The translations under genes and the position numbers were made by a program. A stretch of 63,065 bases of DNA, the filler included, from Hyphochytrium catenoides (taxonomy: Eukaryota > Protista > Hyphochytriomycota), in NCBI GenBank assembly GCA_900088475.1. It is 4 parts of 4 records of this genome, joined end to end, with 100 filler letters (N's around TTAATTAATTAA, not from the genome) between each part and the next. Parts side by side here need not be neighbours in the genome. Positions count along the whole stretch, not along the records: positions 22,526 to 53,904 come from FLMG01002872.1; positions 54,005 to 58,489 come from FLMG01001927.1; positions 58,590 to 63,065 come from FLMG01003086.1; 1 more part is not named here. One strand, given 5' to 3'. How positions within the stretch are numbered: the first letter of the stretch is position 1; each line of letters begins with the position of its first letter. This document shows positions 47,773 through 61,835 of this stretch, one piece after another. A model generated the notes under the pieces. The model did no database searches, was not told where the DNA came from, and saw only the letters and a program-made list of their open reading frames with translations.

Positions 47773-49289
47773 GCACATTGACAAGACAAGATGAAAGAAG
47801 AAGGTTCATAAGAAGCCACTGGAGGAGTAAAGGACGACTCCAGGAGTCCCATACCAAGTGAAGAGGAGAGAGAAAATGGAGATAAGTAAAGACAATCGAG
47901 GGTTATAATGGACGAGAGAACTCCAACAGAAACCTAACCGGCACGCACGCTTCCTCCTTTCGTCTTTTGGTTACACTTGCACTTCTCTTTNNNNNNNNNN
48001 NNNNNNNNNNNNNNNNNNNNNNNNNNNNNNNNNNTCTCTCTCTCTCTCTCTCCCCCTCTCTCTCTCTCTCTCTCTCTCTTTCTTTTTTGTCCTTCACTGT
48101 ATTGCTCTCTCTTTCTCTGTGTAGGCGGTACTGCCGAAGCCCCAGAGCGGCGGAGGTTTCGCTGTTATCTATGATGAAGAGGAGACGGATACGCCGGGTG
48201 GAATTCTGGGCCGACTCAACGAGGGACTGACAGAAGACTTTGTGTTCCTCTATAACAAGGTAAATCCCTATTCTGCCTCTCACTTCAGGAGCCTCTTGGT
48301 CTCTCTCTCTCTCTCTCTCTCTCACTCTCTCTGTCTCTCTCTCTCTGTCTCTTCCTCGCTCTCTTTCTCACTCTCTCCCATCTCTTTGTTTCCATATATG
48401 TTCTTAAGGATAGAGAGACATATCACGAAATATTTTCTTGCTGATCTGACGTTATATATGAACGTCTCTCCCTCTCTCCTCGCTCTTCCCCCACTTCATT
48501 TCTCTCTCTAAACAGAGGCCTAAGTGGGACGAGAAGACTGGTGGCCATGTCTTGAACTTCGGTCCTCGAGTCAACATCGCCTCCGTCAAGAACTTTATTC
48601 TCACGACAAAGGTCGGTACTTCATTGGCAAACTGGCGCAAAGGCTCTCTCTCTCTCTCTCCACTTATCCCCCTTCATGTCCCGTCCTTCAAATTTGCTTA
48701 TGTCTCTAACAATCTCTCTTTTTCGCTGGCCCATTCTCTACATTCTACCTTTCATGTCCCTTCATCGGTCGTAGGACGATCAAAGCACCGCTGTCCTTCA
48801 GTTTGGCCGCGTCTCCTGCCAGCCGCCAGGGCCGGACCAGCAGTGCCAGTGCCACAAGGATCAATTTAACCTTGACATCACGGTCAGCCAGACTTCGTCT
48901 CTCACCCGTTACCTTCCTTCTCATCTGCCTACTTCTTGTGGGCCTCCCTCCCTCCTCCACTCTCTTCTCTCCCCAGCTCTCTTCTCTCCCCAGCTGTCCT
49001 TCTCTCTCTCTCCTCCTTCGGCTTTACATCCGCGTGCAATGTTACTGTCTTCCCCTATCTCCTCCTTTCGAGCGTCTGTTCTTGGCTTGTTTCCTTAGGA
49101 TCTGAGCTGACGCTTCCTTCTTACTTTTGGCGCGTTCCGCCTCTCTGCCTTATGTCCTCTCTTTCGAAACAGTACCCTCTCTCTCCTTTCCAAGCTTTCG
49201 GCATTGTCCTGGCTACATTGGACTCCAAACTGGCAGATAAGCGCGGCTTCGAGTCGGTCAACAAGCTGACAAACTTTCTGTTCTACTGA
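45120..49289 (+). CDS. Tubby-like protein (C-terminal Tub domain), multi-exon
   Basis: LRPVKQGETME|LFVRR..YRLYLQATGKFLLHGK|KQRGSATSNFLL..GKMRSNW|..YILYDNGMNP..|NK|RPKWDE..HVLNFGPRVNIASVKNF..VLQFGR..|YPLSPFQAFGIVLATLDSKLA. Confidence 0.93.
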
Positions 49290-49798
49290 TAAGCCCAGTG
49301 ACCCCAAGCCAACCTAGACGTAGCTCTGCAGGCACGCTGCTTACAGCTCAAGCCGCAGTAAACAGAGAACAACCATGAGGTGTCGAGCCAATGAAGCAAC
49401 TCTCACACAGTCCAAAATGCAGGGAGCTTGAGGCGCTGTCTCGTGCCTTTTTAGGATCAATGGGGAGCTCGAATTATAAGGACCGCATGAGAAGATGTCC
49501 TCCCAGTCACGGAGGAGGCCACTTAAAAGTTCTTCCAAGCTTGCGCAAGCTCTAAGTAGCGTACACGATACAATCTCTTAACTCTCTCTCTGTCTCTTAG
49601 TCTTTGTGGATCCTTCAATAGCTAGGGGCCTCTCTCTCCTTTTCGGTTTCTCTCTTTCTCTCTCTCTCTCTCCCCCCAAGCACTTGTCTTGTCTTAAAAT
49701 AAATTATGGGCTTTCATAGTCTCTTCTCCACCTTAGTCTATGTTCCTGCTAGCCTTTGCCTACTGCACACGGATAGTTGGGAACGAACCCAGGAACTG

Positions 49799-52700
49799 CT
49801 AGCGCTTTTCGGGAGTGATGGAGAGAGAAGACCTTTGACGAATAGCAGTCTGCGATATGTGCTCCAGTTCGTGCGGCAGACCTGTTCTGCATGGGAGGAA
49901 CCGGGCATCAATCTGGCCAGATGGAAAGGGAGACATGAGGTCGGGATAGAGAAATATTGGAGAGAGAGAGAAAGGAGTGAGTGAGATAGGAACAAGGAGG
50001 CGGATGCTCAAGAAAAAAGATCCTCTCAGGCCATCCATCATCCTTATCGGTTGTCAGAGAACTGGATCAGCGGGTGAGTAGGAACATAGGGCACGAGCTG
50101 CGGAAGGTAAGGTGGAAGACAGACGATTGGAGGAATTGCTTGCAATGAAAATCGAAGGCGATAGCTTACTGGATAGTTAAGAAAGTTCGTCACGTCCGAG
50201 GTGTACAAATGTGCGAACCGAGCGATCTACGTACGCAAGGCAACAGTCAGAGGATTAGAACGGCTTGCTTGTGGGTAAGAAAAAGAGAGACAGTGCAAGT
50301 ACATTAAAGAGAGAAAACAGGCAGCGTTGAAGCTTCGACAGGACGATAATCTCAAAGGCACGAAGAGCGGCACATCCAACGACCATGATGAAGGCGACAG
50401 CGAAGGTAGAAGTAAGAGGAAGAGAAGACAAGTTGCCTCAACCTGGCTCCAGTAGTAAGTGGAGTTATCATAGGAACGAAAGCCTGAGCCGAACTGCCGG
50501 TTGAAGAAGCTCTTCATCTCGTCACGCAACTTCCACCGCTTCGCGTCTACCTGTAGGAAAGGCTAAGCCTCAACCTGGCAAATTTGTCTCTTCCTTCTTG
50601 GCCATTAAGTTACCTCTAACCAAACCTCTTGCACCTTCGCAGCTTCAGCGTCGCCAGCGGTCCGCAGCTTATGTTTCACTCTGGCCTAAATATGGATAAA
50701 CCGGTTAGTCATTTCCTTGTTTGCATGCCCGTTTTCTCTCAAATTTTTGCCCTTTACGCTGAGGATGACCTACATGTGCTGCAGTCATGAGCTGGTCCAC
50801 TTCTTGCACTTCAGCTAATGACTTCTGAAACTCTGTAAGACATCGAAATGTCAGCCTCTGCCTGGCTGGAGAGGTACCGAAAAGAAAACGGCGGAGCGGG
50901 AAAACCAGAAGGAGAGGCATATCACGTATCCGCTGAGACGCGAGAAGTAGCTGACAACCCGCTTCCCCAACCCAAACGCAAGCAGTAGCAGTCTCCATGG
51001 AGCCGTACCCTGAGAGGCGTAGATCTCAACCTCCTTACTGACTTCTGGGAGGGAGGCACAGGTTTTCCAGCCTTGGGCTTTAGCCGGCCCAACAAGGTCA
51101 GAGTACACATGATCGCCCTACACAGTGAGGACGGAAGAATGTCAGCGTCCCGTTACATCATCAGGACATCCATTCGTTCTCTTTCTCCCTGCTAGAAACC
51201 TCTCTCATGCCTCTTAGCGCTTGTGGCGCTTTTAACTCTCAGATACCCGTCCAGTTAGTGACTTACCATATAGATTATCTTATCGCCTTTCCAATGGGTA
51301 GCGCGTGTCAGCTCCTGCAGGGAGCCATACGCAAACACCTTGTGCTTGATAAGCTCCGTAGGCTGCCAAAAGAGATGCTTAGAGACTTTCACAATATATT
51401 TGGAAGAGAGAGCTGGAAAAGTCCGGCAATCGGAAAGGACAGAAGTTGGAGAACAGACAAGATTGGAGCAACAGAGACGAAGGGAATTGATGTGCGTAAG
51501 GAAATAAAAGGTTATTCCGTTGGCAGTGGAACGGGAGAGTCATAAATTGTAGAAAGAAGACAACCTAACCTGCGTCCAAAGCAGATTTCCCGTGTGCCTG
51601 TCAATGGCTCGAAAATGTCTCTTTCCTATAAAGAAGTTCGGCTTGTCGGCCCGAGTTAGGACCACGTCAAACAAGTCCAGCCACTGCTCCCCGCCGTTCA
51701 GCTGCTGTTGTGCCAGATATTTCATGCCTTCGTTAATAAACCTGCCAGGAGTAAGGATGTGTTGTGAGGGCATTTGAAGGAGGTCCTGAGCATACAATGA
51801 AGGCGAGGTCAGATATGTCGTGGAACATGGTTCCCAGTCTCAATGTTGTACATCCAAATGCAGTAGGAATGAAGGAAGAAAAGAGGTGGGGAGAAAGGTC
51901 GGGTGCCTAAGAGATGTGGCCGCAAAAAGACAAATGAACTGTTGAAAGCAAGTCGGTGACACTAAGCTTGGGTACCAGAAGGGTGAGTTCGACAGGATGA
52001 AGGTTTGCTTCCCGTTCTCCTTGAGCCACTTTAGAAACTTGAAAAGCCGTTCATTTGGCGCGAAGAAGCGATCCGGAGCCCCAAGAATGGCTCTGTGTGG
52101 AGGAACAGAAGCGGCTTTGTCAGACTCACAGCATTCTTAGATGTTCACTTTCTTTGTCTCAACGCGCCCGTGACATGATGATTTTCGTATAGAAATGTTC
52201 TCAAACTCGTGTCCCTTGGCGACAAGCTATCTGAATCTTCTGCTTCACTCAATCTATCTTTCTCTCGTTTCTCCCCTTCCCAGTCGATCTGCATCCTTAT
52301 AGCTCCCTACCACACCCCGTATCTAGAGCCCGCACTTTCTTCTTGCCTATATAGATCTTTGCTTATATGGACATTGGCGACTGCCCTCTGTACGTCGTTG
52401 TAAACGTAGGACGGGTGGAAATCTATCCGCTATAGGAAAACCGGTAAGAGTAATAGACTCATGGAGCAGACTTTAAAGGTTTGGACGAGAAGAAACAAAG
52501 AGGTTTACCGAATGACGGTAGGGCAATGACGGTAGGGTACGTAGAGGTGGCCATTGCCCAAAAGGGCACTTATCAAAAAGAAGCACTCTGTTATGTGAGA
52601 ACAGAGCAGAGAGGGCAGGCCCGGTAGTCTATGACAGAAGAAAAGAGTCTACAAAGGGACCTCAATGATAGGCCCGGACTGAGAAGCAGAGGACGAGAGA

Positions 52701-53904
52701 CCAGAAGAGAATCGACGTGTTACCTTGTTCCTGAAGAGCTGGATGGTATCGCTGATCAAACAGACCTCCGGGATCGCAAACGAGTCAGAGAGAAGCCTGA
52801 GATTCTCCATGTACGTCTAACAACGTGGGCACGAAGAAAAATCAGCGAGGCGATGACATTGCATCGCAGAGTAGAGAAAAGGAGTCAAGATTTGCATCGT
52901 CATTGTCGGTCGTTCACTAGAAGGAGCACCTTGGGAATGTGACACTTGTCTCCGTGTTGGCCGTACAGCTGTACGGCCTGCTTGAATGGCACCTAACAAC
53001 ACCAGCGACGGAAGGCCCTAAATCAGAACTGAACAACCGACACTAGAGCTCGGAACATGATCGTCATTGCAAGTATTATTGAGCTAAAGAGAGACCTGAT
53101 ACCGCTTTACCTTTTCTCTCCCAAAGTAGATTGTATCGTGCTGAATGTAATGAAAGGCGTCCAGCTGAGGGGAAATGCGTGTCAGAAGCACACAATAAGA
53201 TGAGAGACGAAAGGTAATGAGGAGTTCTCAGGGTCGCTGGCAGAAGAAAGTAACGAAATAAAAGAAGAAAGAAAGGATCTGAGGCTTCATTCCAACAAAG
53301 CCGATCAATAGAGGGTGGAGAGAAGTAAACGGTAGAGGACGAGCGACATCCAACGCATCCACTGACTTTAAAAAGCATCCCATTATTTGTGTCAAAGTGA
53401 AGGCCGCGGATGGCAAAGTCTGGGTCGAACTCAACCTGAAGGGGAGAAGAAGCATTAGACGGGTATAAGACAAAGCGCTAGGCTTCGCTCTTGGATGGAG
53501 AGCATGACTTCGAAGAAACGCGAGAAATCTAAGGTAAGGGCACCATATACAAGGACGTTTGCAGGTACATCGGCGCGGAAGATGGCAAGGGGCCGATGGA
53601 CAGAAAGAAGTATAGAGTGAAAAAGAGTTCGCCATTGAGGTCGATTTGAATCGCCACATCAAAGACCAGAAGAGACACAGGCGCGTCGCGCAGGAAGGTG
53701 GAGACAGAGGGAGAGCTCGTGTCGTCTGATAAGGGCCCCAGCACCTGCAAGAGTTCTCTTGGATAGCCTTTCTCTTGCACTAGATGCTCTCTTGCATGAT
53801 TATAGATGAATGGATGAATAGCGCTGGGTTCATAGCTCGCCAAGGTATAGTCATAGTCCCAACCCCAAGTCGATAGCTTGGAGAGGTTTGTCGGTGCGTT
53901 CGCA
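49799..53904 (-). CDS. HAD-IG cytosolic 5'-nucleotidase family (NT5DC/NT5C2-like), 5' end truncated by contig boundary
   Basis: GWDYDYTLASY (HAD motif I); FDPDFAIRGLHFD; FILSNSP (motif II); WLDLFDVVLTRADKPNFF (motif III); GDHVYSDL (motif IV); FGSGFRS. Confidence 0.9.
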
Positions 53905-54004
53905 NNNNNNNNNNNNNNNNNNNNNNNNNNNNNNNNNNNNNNNNNNNNTTAATTAATTAANNNNNNNNNNNNNNNNNNNNNNNNNNNNNNNNNNNNNNNN
54001 NNNN
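53905..54004. other. Artificial contig-joining spacer N44-TTAATTAATTAA-N44
   Basis: Identical to the spacer at 22426-22525. Confidence 0.97.
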
Positions 54005-54320
54005 GAGGCGGGGAGAAAGAGAGAGAGAGGGAGGGAGAGGGAGAGAGAGAGGGAGGGAGGGAGATGGTAAGAAGAGAAGCAAGAGAGGATTCAAACGCAG
54101 GAAGGGGAGAAAAAGAGGAGAGAGAGAAGGGGTAGAACAGAGGAAACAGGGGGAGAGAGAGAAAGAGAGACAAAGATATCCGAAGAACCGCCATGAAGGA
54201 AATCAGAATGGACCAGAAAGAAAGCGTAGGCAGAGAAGGGAGAGAGAGAGAGAATAATCATAGAGGAGGTTAAAAGAATAAGGGAAAGAGGAGGAAGAGG
54301 AAGGAAAGAGAGAAAGGGTT

Positions 54321-54364
<44 letters not shown>

Positions 54365-54962
54365 AGAGGAAAGGAGAAGACAGAGCGAGATTAGGCGGGC
54401 CAGAGAGAGATTAAGAGCGGGGATGGACGGGCAACAAGAGAGAGAGAGGGCTAGAGAGAGAGAGAGGAGAGAGAGGAGAAAAAAAAGGAGCGAGAGAGAG
54501 CGAGAGAGAGGGCCAGAGAGAGAGGGAGCCAGAGAGGAAAAGAGAGAGAGAAAATGAGAAAGAGACTCTCTCCTACCTCTAAAGAGCCATCCACAATCTT
54601 CTCCGCGAGCTGTTCAAACTTTGCCCTGGAAATCTCTGTCTGGAGATGTTTTGGTCCTGACTGATCCGCAGAGAGAAAAGGGAGAAGAATGGAAGAGAGA
54701 AGAGAAGATGAGAGTTCTCTCCTTGCTCTCTCCGCGGCTTCTCTCAGGCGAGGAAGGGCGAGAGAGTCCTTGGAGAGATCAATTCCTGTCTCTCGCTGTG
54801 GGGATGGGAGAGAGAGAGAGAGAAGGAGAGAAAGAGAGAGAGGGAAGGAGAAAAAGAGAGAGAAAAAGAAGAAGAGAGAGATATAACGGAGAAAGGGAGA
54901 GAGAGAGAAAGAGAGTGGGAGGGAACGAAGAAGTAAGAAAAGAGTAAGAGATGGAGAATGAG

Positions 54963-55028
<66 letters not shown>

Positions 55029-55191
55029 TAATTGAGGGAAACAGAAGGAGGACAAGACAAAGAAAAAGAGAGAGGAAAAGAGGAAGAAGAACGTGAGAAG
55101 ATTGATGAAATCCGCCAAACATTAACAAGCGACGGAAAGGAAGAGAGAAGGTAGCGGGCAATGCGTTATAAGGGCGAGGAAAAGGAGAGAC

Positions 55192-55232
<41 letters not shown>

Positions 55233-55382
55233 CACGAGCACAAAGAAGATCAGAGTGAGAGAAGAGAGAGAGAAAAGGAGAGAGACGTGACTCACTCCAA
55301 AGCTGTTGATGAGATGTCGGACAAGTACATCATCCAGAGTTTTCCCGCAGTAGTCAAACGAGGACCTGGAGGGAGAGAAGAA

Positions 55383-55429
<47 letters not shown>

Positions 55430-55878
55430 AGAGTTAAATAACAAGGTGAAAAGAGAGCAGAGAAGAGAGAGAAAGAGTGTCATTTTGACAAGATTAGCAG
55501 GGAAAGGACGAAAAGNNNNNNNNNNNNNNNNNNNNNNNNNNNNCGTCATGCGGCCACCCACGCGCTTGACCACCGAAGCCGAGAAGATGAGACCCTGAGC
55601 GATTGGTTCCAGTTAGGGAAGAGAGAGAGAGAGAAAGAAAAGAGAGAGAGACAGGCAGAGATACAGGAGAGACACACAGAGAGAGGGAGAAAGAGAGAAG
55701 CGGCGAATCGATATCTCTCAATAAATAATGAAGAACAGCAAGGGAGAACCATAGGGAGACAGAGTATGAGAGACAGAGGAGATCACCGGAGCAAGGGAGA
55801 GAGAGAGGGAAAAGAAAGAAAGAGGGAGAGAGAGAGACAGAGAGAGAGAAAGATAAAGGGAGAGAGAGAGAAAGAAAC

Positions 55879-55920
<42 letters not shown>

Positions 55921-56079
55921 GTAACTGACTCCCATGTCGTAGACGAGGTAGGTGGCGTCTTCTCTGCTGCTGCTCTCAGGGAAGGCTCCACACTCTTCCG
56001 CTGCCTCTGTGGCCGCCTCAGGGTCCGCCAGCACCTCCAACACTGAGAAGCCAGACATCTCCGCCGCATCCACCGCAGC

Positions 56080-56127
<48 letters not shown>

Positions 56128-56580
56128 CAGAGAGAGAGGCAGAGAGAGGGGGAACACAGAGAGAGAGAGACAGAGAGAAAGAGAGTGAGAAAGCGAGAGA
56201 GAGACACAGAGACGGAGAGACACAGGGAAGAGAGAGACACACACACAAGCAGAGAGAGAGGAACAAAGAGAGAGAGAGAGAAAGAGTGAGAGGGAATGTA
56301 CGACATACGCAGATGGAGGGAGAGACGGGAGAAGCGGTGATGAAGAGCTACAGAGGAGAGAGAGGGGAAAGCATAGATGCAGGAGGAGAGACTAACACGG
56401 AGCAGGGCGTGGAGCGGAAACAGGAAGAGAGAGGAAGACGTCAAGGGAGAGAGAGGAGAGAGAGAGAGAGAGAGAGAGACCTTTGGTTCCCTACGCAAAA
56501 ATGTGCGTGGGGACTAACTCGGGAGGGAGAAGAAACGCGTGGGAACTAAGTTGGGAGGGAAAAGAAGTCGACACTCAAGT

Positions 56581-56639
<59 letters not shown>

Positions 56640-57356
56640 AATGGCAGTACCTCTCTCTGTTCGCTGTCAAAGTAAGGCGGGACTGCGAGCACTGCATGTT
56701 TCTTCTTTCCGAGCATCACTGTGTCGGCTCTCTCTGCTATGTCCTCATACATTCTTTCGCTCAAATACTGGAGGAAGAGAGAGAGAGANNNNNNNNNNNN
56801 NNNNNNNNNNNNNNNNNNNNNNNAGAGAGAGAGAGAGAGAGAGAGAAAAGGGAAGACAAAAGAGAGGGTTAGCTTTTTAGCAGGTTTCTTTTCCTCGGGC
56901 AGATTCAAGCCCTAACACCTCCCCCTCTTCCCCTTTCCTGTTTTCTCTTTTCGTACCCTTACTATCTCTCTCTCTTTCTCTCTCTTTCTCTCTCTCTCCC
57001 CTTCTTCCTTTTTTTCTCTATATCAATGTTTTTCTCTCTCTATTTCCATGGCTCCTTCCTCCTTCTCTCCTCATGTCTCGAAAAAAATTTCTAGACTTTG
57101 CCTCTCTTTCTCCCCTCTTCCCCCCGCTCCTTTTTAAGTTGCCAGTTTCTCTTCCTTCCTTTCTCTCTTTCCTTTTTCCTTCTGTCTTTCTCTGTTACGC
57201 TCTCCGTCTTGCGAACGTACTCTCTCTCTCTCTCTCTCGCTGGGATGTGCTCTCTCTCTCTCTATTCAACCTTCTGCACCCATATATTCTATGTGTGATC
57301 GTTTCTCTCTCTCTCTCTTAGTTTCTCCCTAAATCTCTCTCTCTCCCGCTCTCGCT

Positions 57357-57438
<82 letters not shown>

Positions 57439-58489
57439 CTCTCGCTGTGCTTACCATAGGAGAGAAAAGCTCTTCTCCTAGTTTAATATGCGCCTCTCCG
57501 TCAGGCCCCGACTCTACCATCAAACCTAAAGCAGCAGCCGCAGTGGACACAAGCGGGTCCTAGAGAGAGAGACAGAGAGAGAGACAGAGACAGAGAGAGA
57601 GCGAGAGACAGACAGAGAGAGAGAAAAAGAGAACGAACGGAAGAAAGAGAGAGGAGCCAAAGGAGCATATGGTAAGAAAGATAGACAAAAGAGAGAGAGC
57701 GAGAGAGAGAGTGAGTGAGTGAGAGAGAGACAGAGAGAAAGAGAGAAAGAGAAAGAGAGAAAAAGAAAAAAAGAAAAAAAGAATAAAAGGGAAAGAGAGG
57801 AAGAGAGAGGAGCCAAAGGAGGATATGGTAAGAAAGAAAGACAGGAAAGGGAGAGAGAGAAGAGAGAAGAGAGAAGGGGAAGAAACAGAGAAATCAGGCA
57901 AATCAGGGAAGAGAGAGAGCGACAGTGAGAGAAATGGATGCGCGAGAGGGACATGGAGAGAGAAAGTGAAAGAGAAGAGAGAGCGAAATGAAGGGGATGC
58001 CGGGCTTGACAGGCGAGAGAAAGACACTAGCGATAGGCAGAAAGAGAAGAAAGAAGAGAGAGAGAGAAACCGACAGAGACAGAGGAAAAATGCATAGAGA
58101 GAGCCAGAGAGAAGAGAAACAGACAGAGAGAGAGAGAGAAGGAGAGAAAGAAACAGAGAGAGAGGGAGAGAGAACCGCGCTATGTCGCACCTCAGAGGAC
58201 CGTCCAAGAAAATAATGAGAGCCTGCCGCCGTGTACCGAGGATGGGAGTAGAGTCTATATAGGAGACAGAGTTAGTGAGGAGAGAGAGAGAGAGAAAGAG
58301 AGAAGCGGGAGAGAGAGAGAAAGAGAAAGAGAGGGAGCAGGAGGATGACAGACGGGAAAAGAGAGCAAAAAGAGGTTGAGAGTAAGCCAGAGAGCAAAAA
58401 ACGAGAGAAGAGGAACTAAAGAGAGAGAAACAGAAAGAGGAAGTGAGAAAGAAAAGAGAGAGAGAGGGAACGAAGGAAGAGAGAGAGAG
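54005..58489. repeat. Dense (GA)n/(CT)n microsatellite-filled introns; the same pattern occurs at 17300-22400, 24700-32500, 44200-49100 and 58600-63000
   Basis: Directly visible; most of the internal N gaps fall within or beside these tracts. Confidence 0.95.
54577..58255 (-). CDS. Hsp70-family (DnaK/mitochondrial-like) nucleotide-binding domain fragment with divergent catalytic motifs; partial at both ends
   Basis: GPDGEAHIKLGEELFSPM; HAVLAVPPYFDSEQRE; AAEMSGFSVLEVLADPEAA; YLVYDMG|GLIFSASVV; RETGIDLSKDSLALPRLREAAERARRELSS..LPFLSADQSGPKHLQTEISRAKFEQL. Confidence 0.85.
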
Positions 58490-58589
58490 NNNNNNNNNNN
58501 NNNNNNNNNNNNNNNNNNNNNNNNNNNNNNNNNTTAATTAATTAANNNNNNNNNNNNNNNNNNNNNNNNNNNNNNNNNNNNNNNNNNNN
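58490..58589. other. Artificial contig-joining spacer N44-TTAATTAATTAA-N44
   Basis: Identical to the other two spacers. Confidence 0.97.
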
Positions 58590-58665
58590 TACCCCTTACT
58601 GCCCAAGCTACTTTCTCTCTCCCGTCTCTCTCTCCCTTTCTTTCTCTCTCTCTATGTCTTCTTAC

Positions 58666-59856
58666 TTACGTTACTTCCACTGGCATGGTCTCTCCTGCTT
58701 CTTCCTTTTCATGCTCGTCGTTGTCTCCTTTGGGCGTGTCAAACATCTCGAACTCGTTGTCAGGAAGATAGTCCACGCCCGTCACGTCGATTTGCACAGC
58801 TCCGTCACCTTCTTCTCCCTCCTCGTCCTCGCCCTCATCTTCCTCCACGGCGCCGCCCATCTGTTCCCGTTGTTTCTTTCTTACGAAGCGAGAGAAGAAG
58901 TTGGCACTTCTCTTTCCTTTCTTGAGCCCTTGCGCCAGCTTACGGCAGTGGCATTTCCCGTTCATCATATTCAAGCCGAAGCCCGTAGCTGAGAGGAAGG
59001 AGAAGAGGATGATGTAAGAGAAGGAGAGAGAAAGAGAAGAGAAAACTGACCAACAAAGACGACTCTTGGCAGGCAGAGAGATATAAATGAACAAAGAGGG
59101 TCAAAGAGAGAGAGAAACGAGGAGAGAGAGAGAGAGAAAGAGGCTCTCACCATTAGTGGTATGGGTGTTGGTCCCACTGAGGACGTGAGAGGAGAGAACG
59201 CCGCTGCTGGCGCTTCTGCTTCTGGTGGTGGCAACAGCAAAGCCAGAGTCTGACTCGTTCGCTGTGTCTCCATCATACTCTCTGTCCTCCACCACTTGCT
59301 TCACATAGCCATTCACATAGCGATTGATAGAACTGTTCCTGTTAGAGAAGGGAGAGTGAAAAGAGAGAGAGAGTGAGATAAAGTCAGCAAAGTTTGAGCA
59401 GACAATGTGCGGCTCCCACCGTCATTCCAATAGCTACCGGTCGCCGTAGACATGCTAATGATTCTCTCCCCCTCTCTCTCTCTCCCCCCACATCTCTCTC
59501 TCTCTTTCTCCACATCTCCCTCTCTTTCCCCTCCCTTCCCATGTCCTTTGTCGACCAACGATCCTCCCTCTTCTTCCTCCTACCTGGGAGAGCCATCAAG
59601 GTCTGCCATTGTATAAAAGAAATGCTCGTTTTCGAACCGCTGCTGGTGGCTGAAGTGATGGACCATCCCAGCGTCCATCAGCCCGTTGCCTAGCCTCACA
59701 GCGTTAGGTTCGTCCGTCACCCAGCCGCTGTCCTTCATAAGACGGACAGCCTCATCGCCTACAAAGCACTGACGGGCGACCTTTCCTCTCCATTGACGGT
59801 CAACGATAGATCCATACTCCCAGAGCTAGCAAAGAGAGAAAGAGAGAGAGAGAAGA

Positions 59857-59893
<37 letters not shown>

Positions 59894-60744
59894 AGAGAGA
59901 ATTCTTGTTAGACACGTTTTCTACGAACTGAGCAGGAAAGATGCAGAAGCAAAGAGGCTTTTACCATTCTTGCTACGGGTGCCATCATGTCCTCCAGCGT
60001 GTTCTCAAGCAACTCAACCACCTCCCTGGCGCTTGGCCGCGCGCTGGGGTCTGGGGCCCACATCGACCGGATCAGGTCTTGAAGGGCCACAGGGCATGGC
60101 TGGGTAAACTCAGGCCGGATACCTAAGCGTTTGTTTAGAGAAAAAGAGCGAGCGGTCGAGTGTGAGCCAGGATCGTGCCTCTGTTTTGAGAGAAATAGGT
60201 CGAGGAAGACCGAGAGGAGAGAGAGAGAGAAAGAGAGAAAAGAGAGATCTTCGTCGTCATCGTACCGCCAATCACTTGTTCGTAGACTTTCAGGTGATGT
60301 CCGCCGGCTCCTGGGTACTTCTGCTCTGAAGGGTGAAGAATGTCCCAGAAGGTGATGGCGAGAGAGTAGATGTCCGCCGCAGTGTCATAGATAGCGTTAC
60401 CGCCTTTGCCCTCAATAACCTCAGGTGCCTGAGAGCGTAGCGGAAGAGCGAAGTCAGCCTTGCTTGCTCTCTCTTTCTCTCTCTCTCTCTCTTTGTAGAG
60501 ATGCTCTTACCATGTAGTCAGCAGTGCCCTTGATTGTCATTGCCATCTTCTTGCCTCCGCCCTTCTCAAGCTGGGCAGCAGTCTCCTTCCGCTTTTGGCA
60601 AAAGCCTGCCCCGAAGAGGGTGAAGAGAGAGAAAGCTCTCTTTTTCTTAATGTCTTTCAGTGCCAAACTTCGACTCTCTCCAAAGTCGGTCAGCTTGACG
60701 GTTCCGCTATAATCGACCACATAGTTGCCAGGCTTGATGTCTAT

Positions 60745-60777
<33 letters not shown>

Positions 60778-61422
60778 CATGAGTGTCCTACTACTTCATC
60801 CTTTGCCGTTCACCTGAAGCGCCACGAATGAGAGGATGGAAAGAAAGAGGGGGAGACGACGACAAGATAGAAAGTTCGAGCAAGATCCCAGCCTACCTCT
60901 GTGGATGAAGGCAGGGTTAAAGTGATGGAGGTACTGGACAGCTCTGGCGCAGTCCAGCATCCTGCAGAACTGCAGCTGCAGGCGATGCAGCGAGGGCTTT
61001 CCTGCCTCAGTAGCCAGGATATCCTCCAAAGATGCCTGACAGAGCTCGACAACGAGACAGATATGCGGAGGATTGACACAGAGTCCATGGAAAGACACGA
61101 TGTTGGGGTGCACGAGAGATCCACACAGAGCTGCCTCGTTAGAGAACTCTGCAACTTCTCTCTCTGTGACCTCATAAGGCGTGTAGACCTTGATGGCCAC
61201 GGCTGTTTGGCTCTTCAGAGACCCAGAGAAGACAACCGCAGATGCGCCTTTGCCGATTTGCTTGTCAAACTTAAGAAAAGCAAAGTCGACAATGTGCTTG
61301 CGGTGCATCTGCAGTAAGGAGAGGATGTGTGGAAGGCCAGGCAGAGATTAATGCGGGTCAGTGAGGAGGGAGAAGGGAGAGAGAAAGTCAGACAAAACAG
61401 AACACATAGAGAGAAAGGGAGG

Positions 61423-61463
<41 letters not shown>

Positions 61464-61762
61464 GAGAGAGAGAGAGAGAAAGAGAAGACAGGTGCCGGGG
61501 ACACTGACCTCTACAAAGACGTGCAGTCCATTGGACGACACCATGTTGTTGGCTCCCATGTTATGCTTCAGCTTCGCCTGAAGCTCCACTGAGTTCTTGC
61601 CGACCCCACGCCAATATTCTTCGAGAGATAACGAAGCACAGGTCAGAACCAGACAGAGGGAAAGAATATAAGAAGGGTAAGGACGTTCTCCATAGAGAAA
61701 GAGAGGAAGATGGAAATAACTGGGCAGAAGAGCAGGAGAGACACACTGAGTGCTGGCAAACT

Positions 61763-61835
<73 letters not shown>

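Noticed and set aside
57648-57842. ~40-bp imperfect direct repeat (gagaggagccaaagga..atatggtaagaaaga) as an array or LTR
   Set aside because: Only two copies inside a microsatellite intron; consistent with a local duplication
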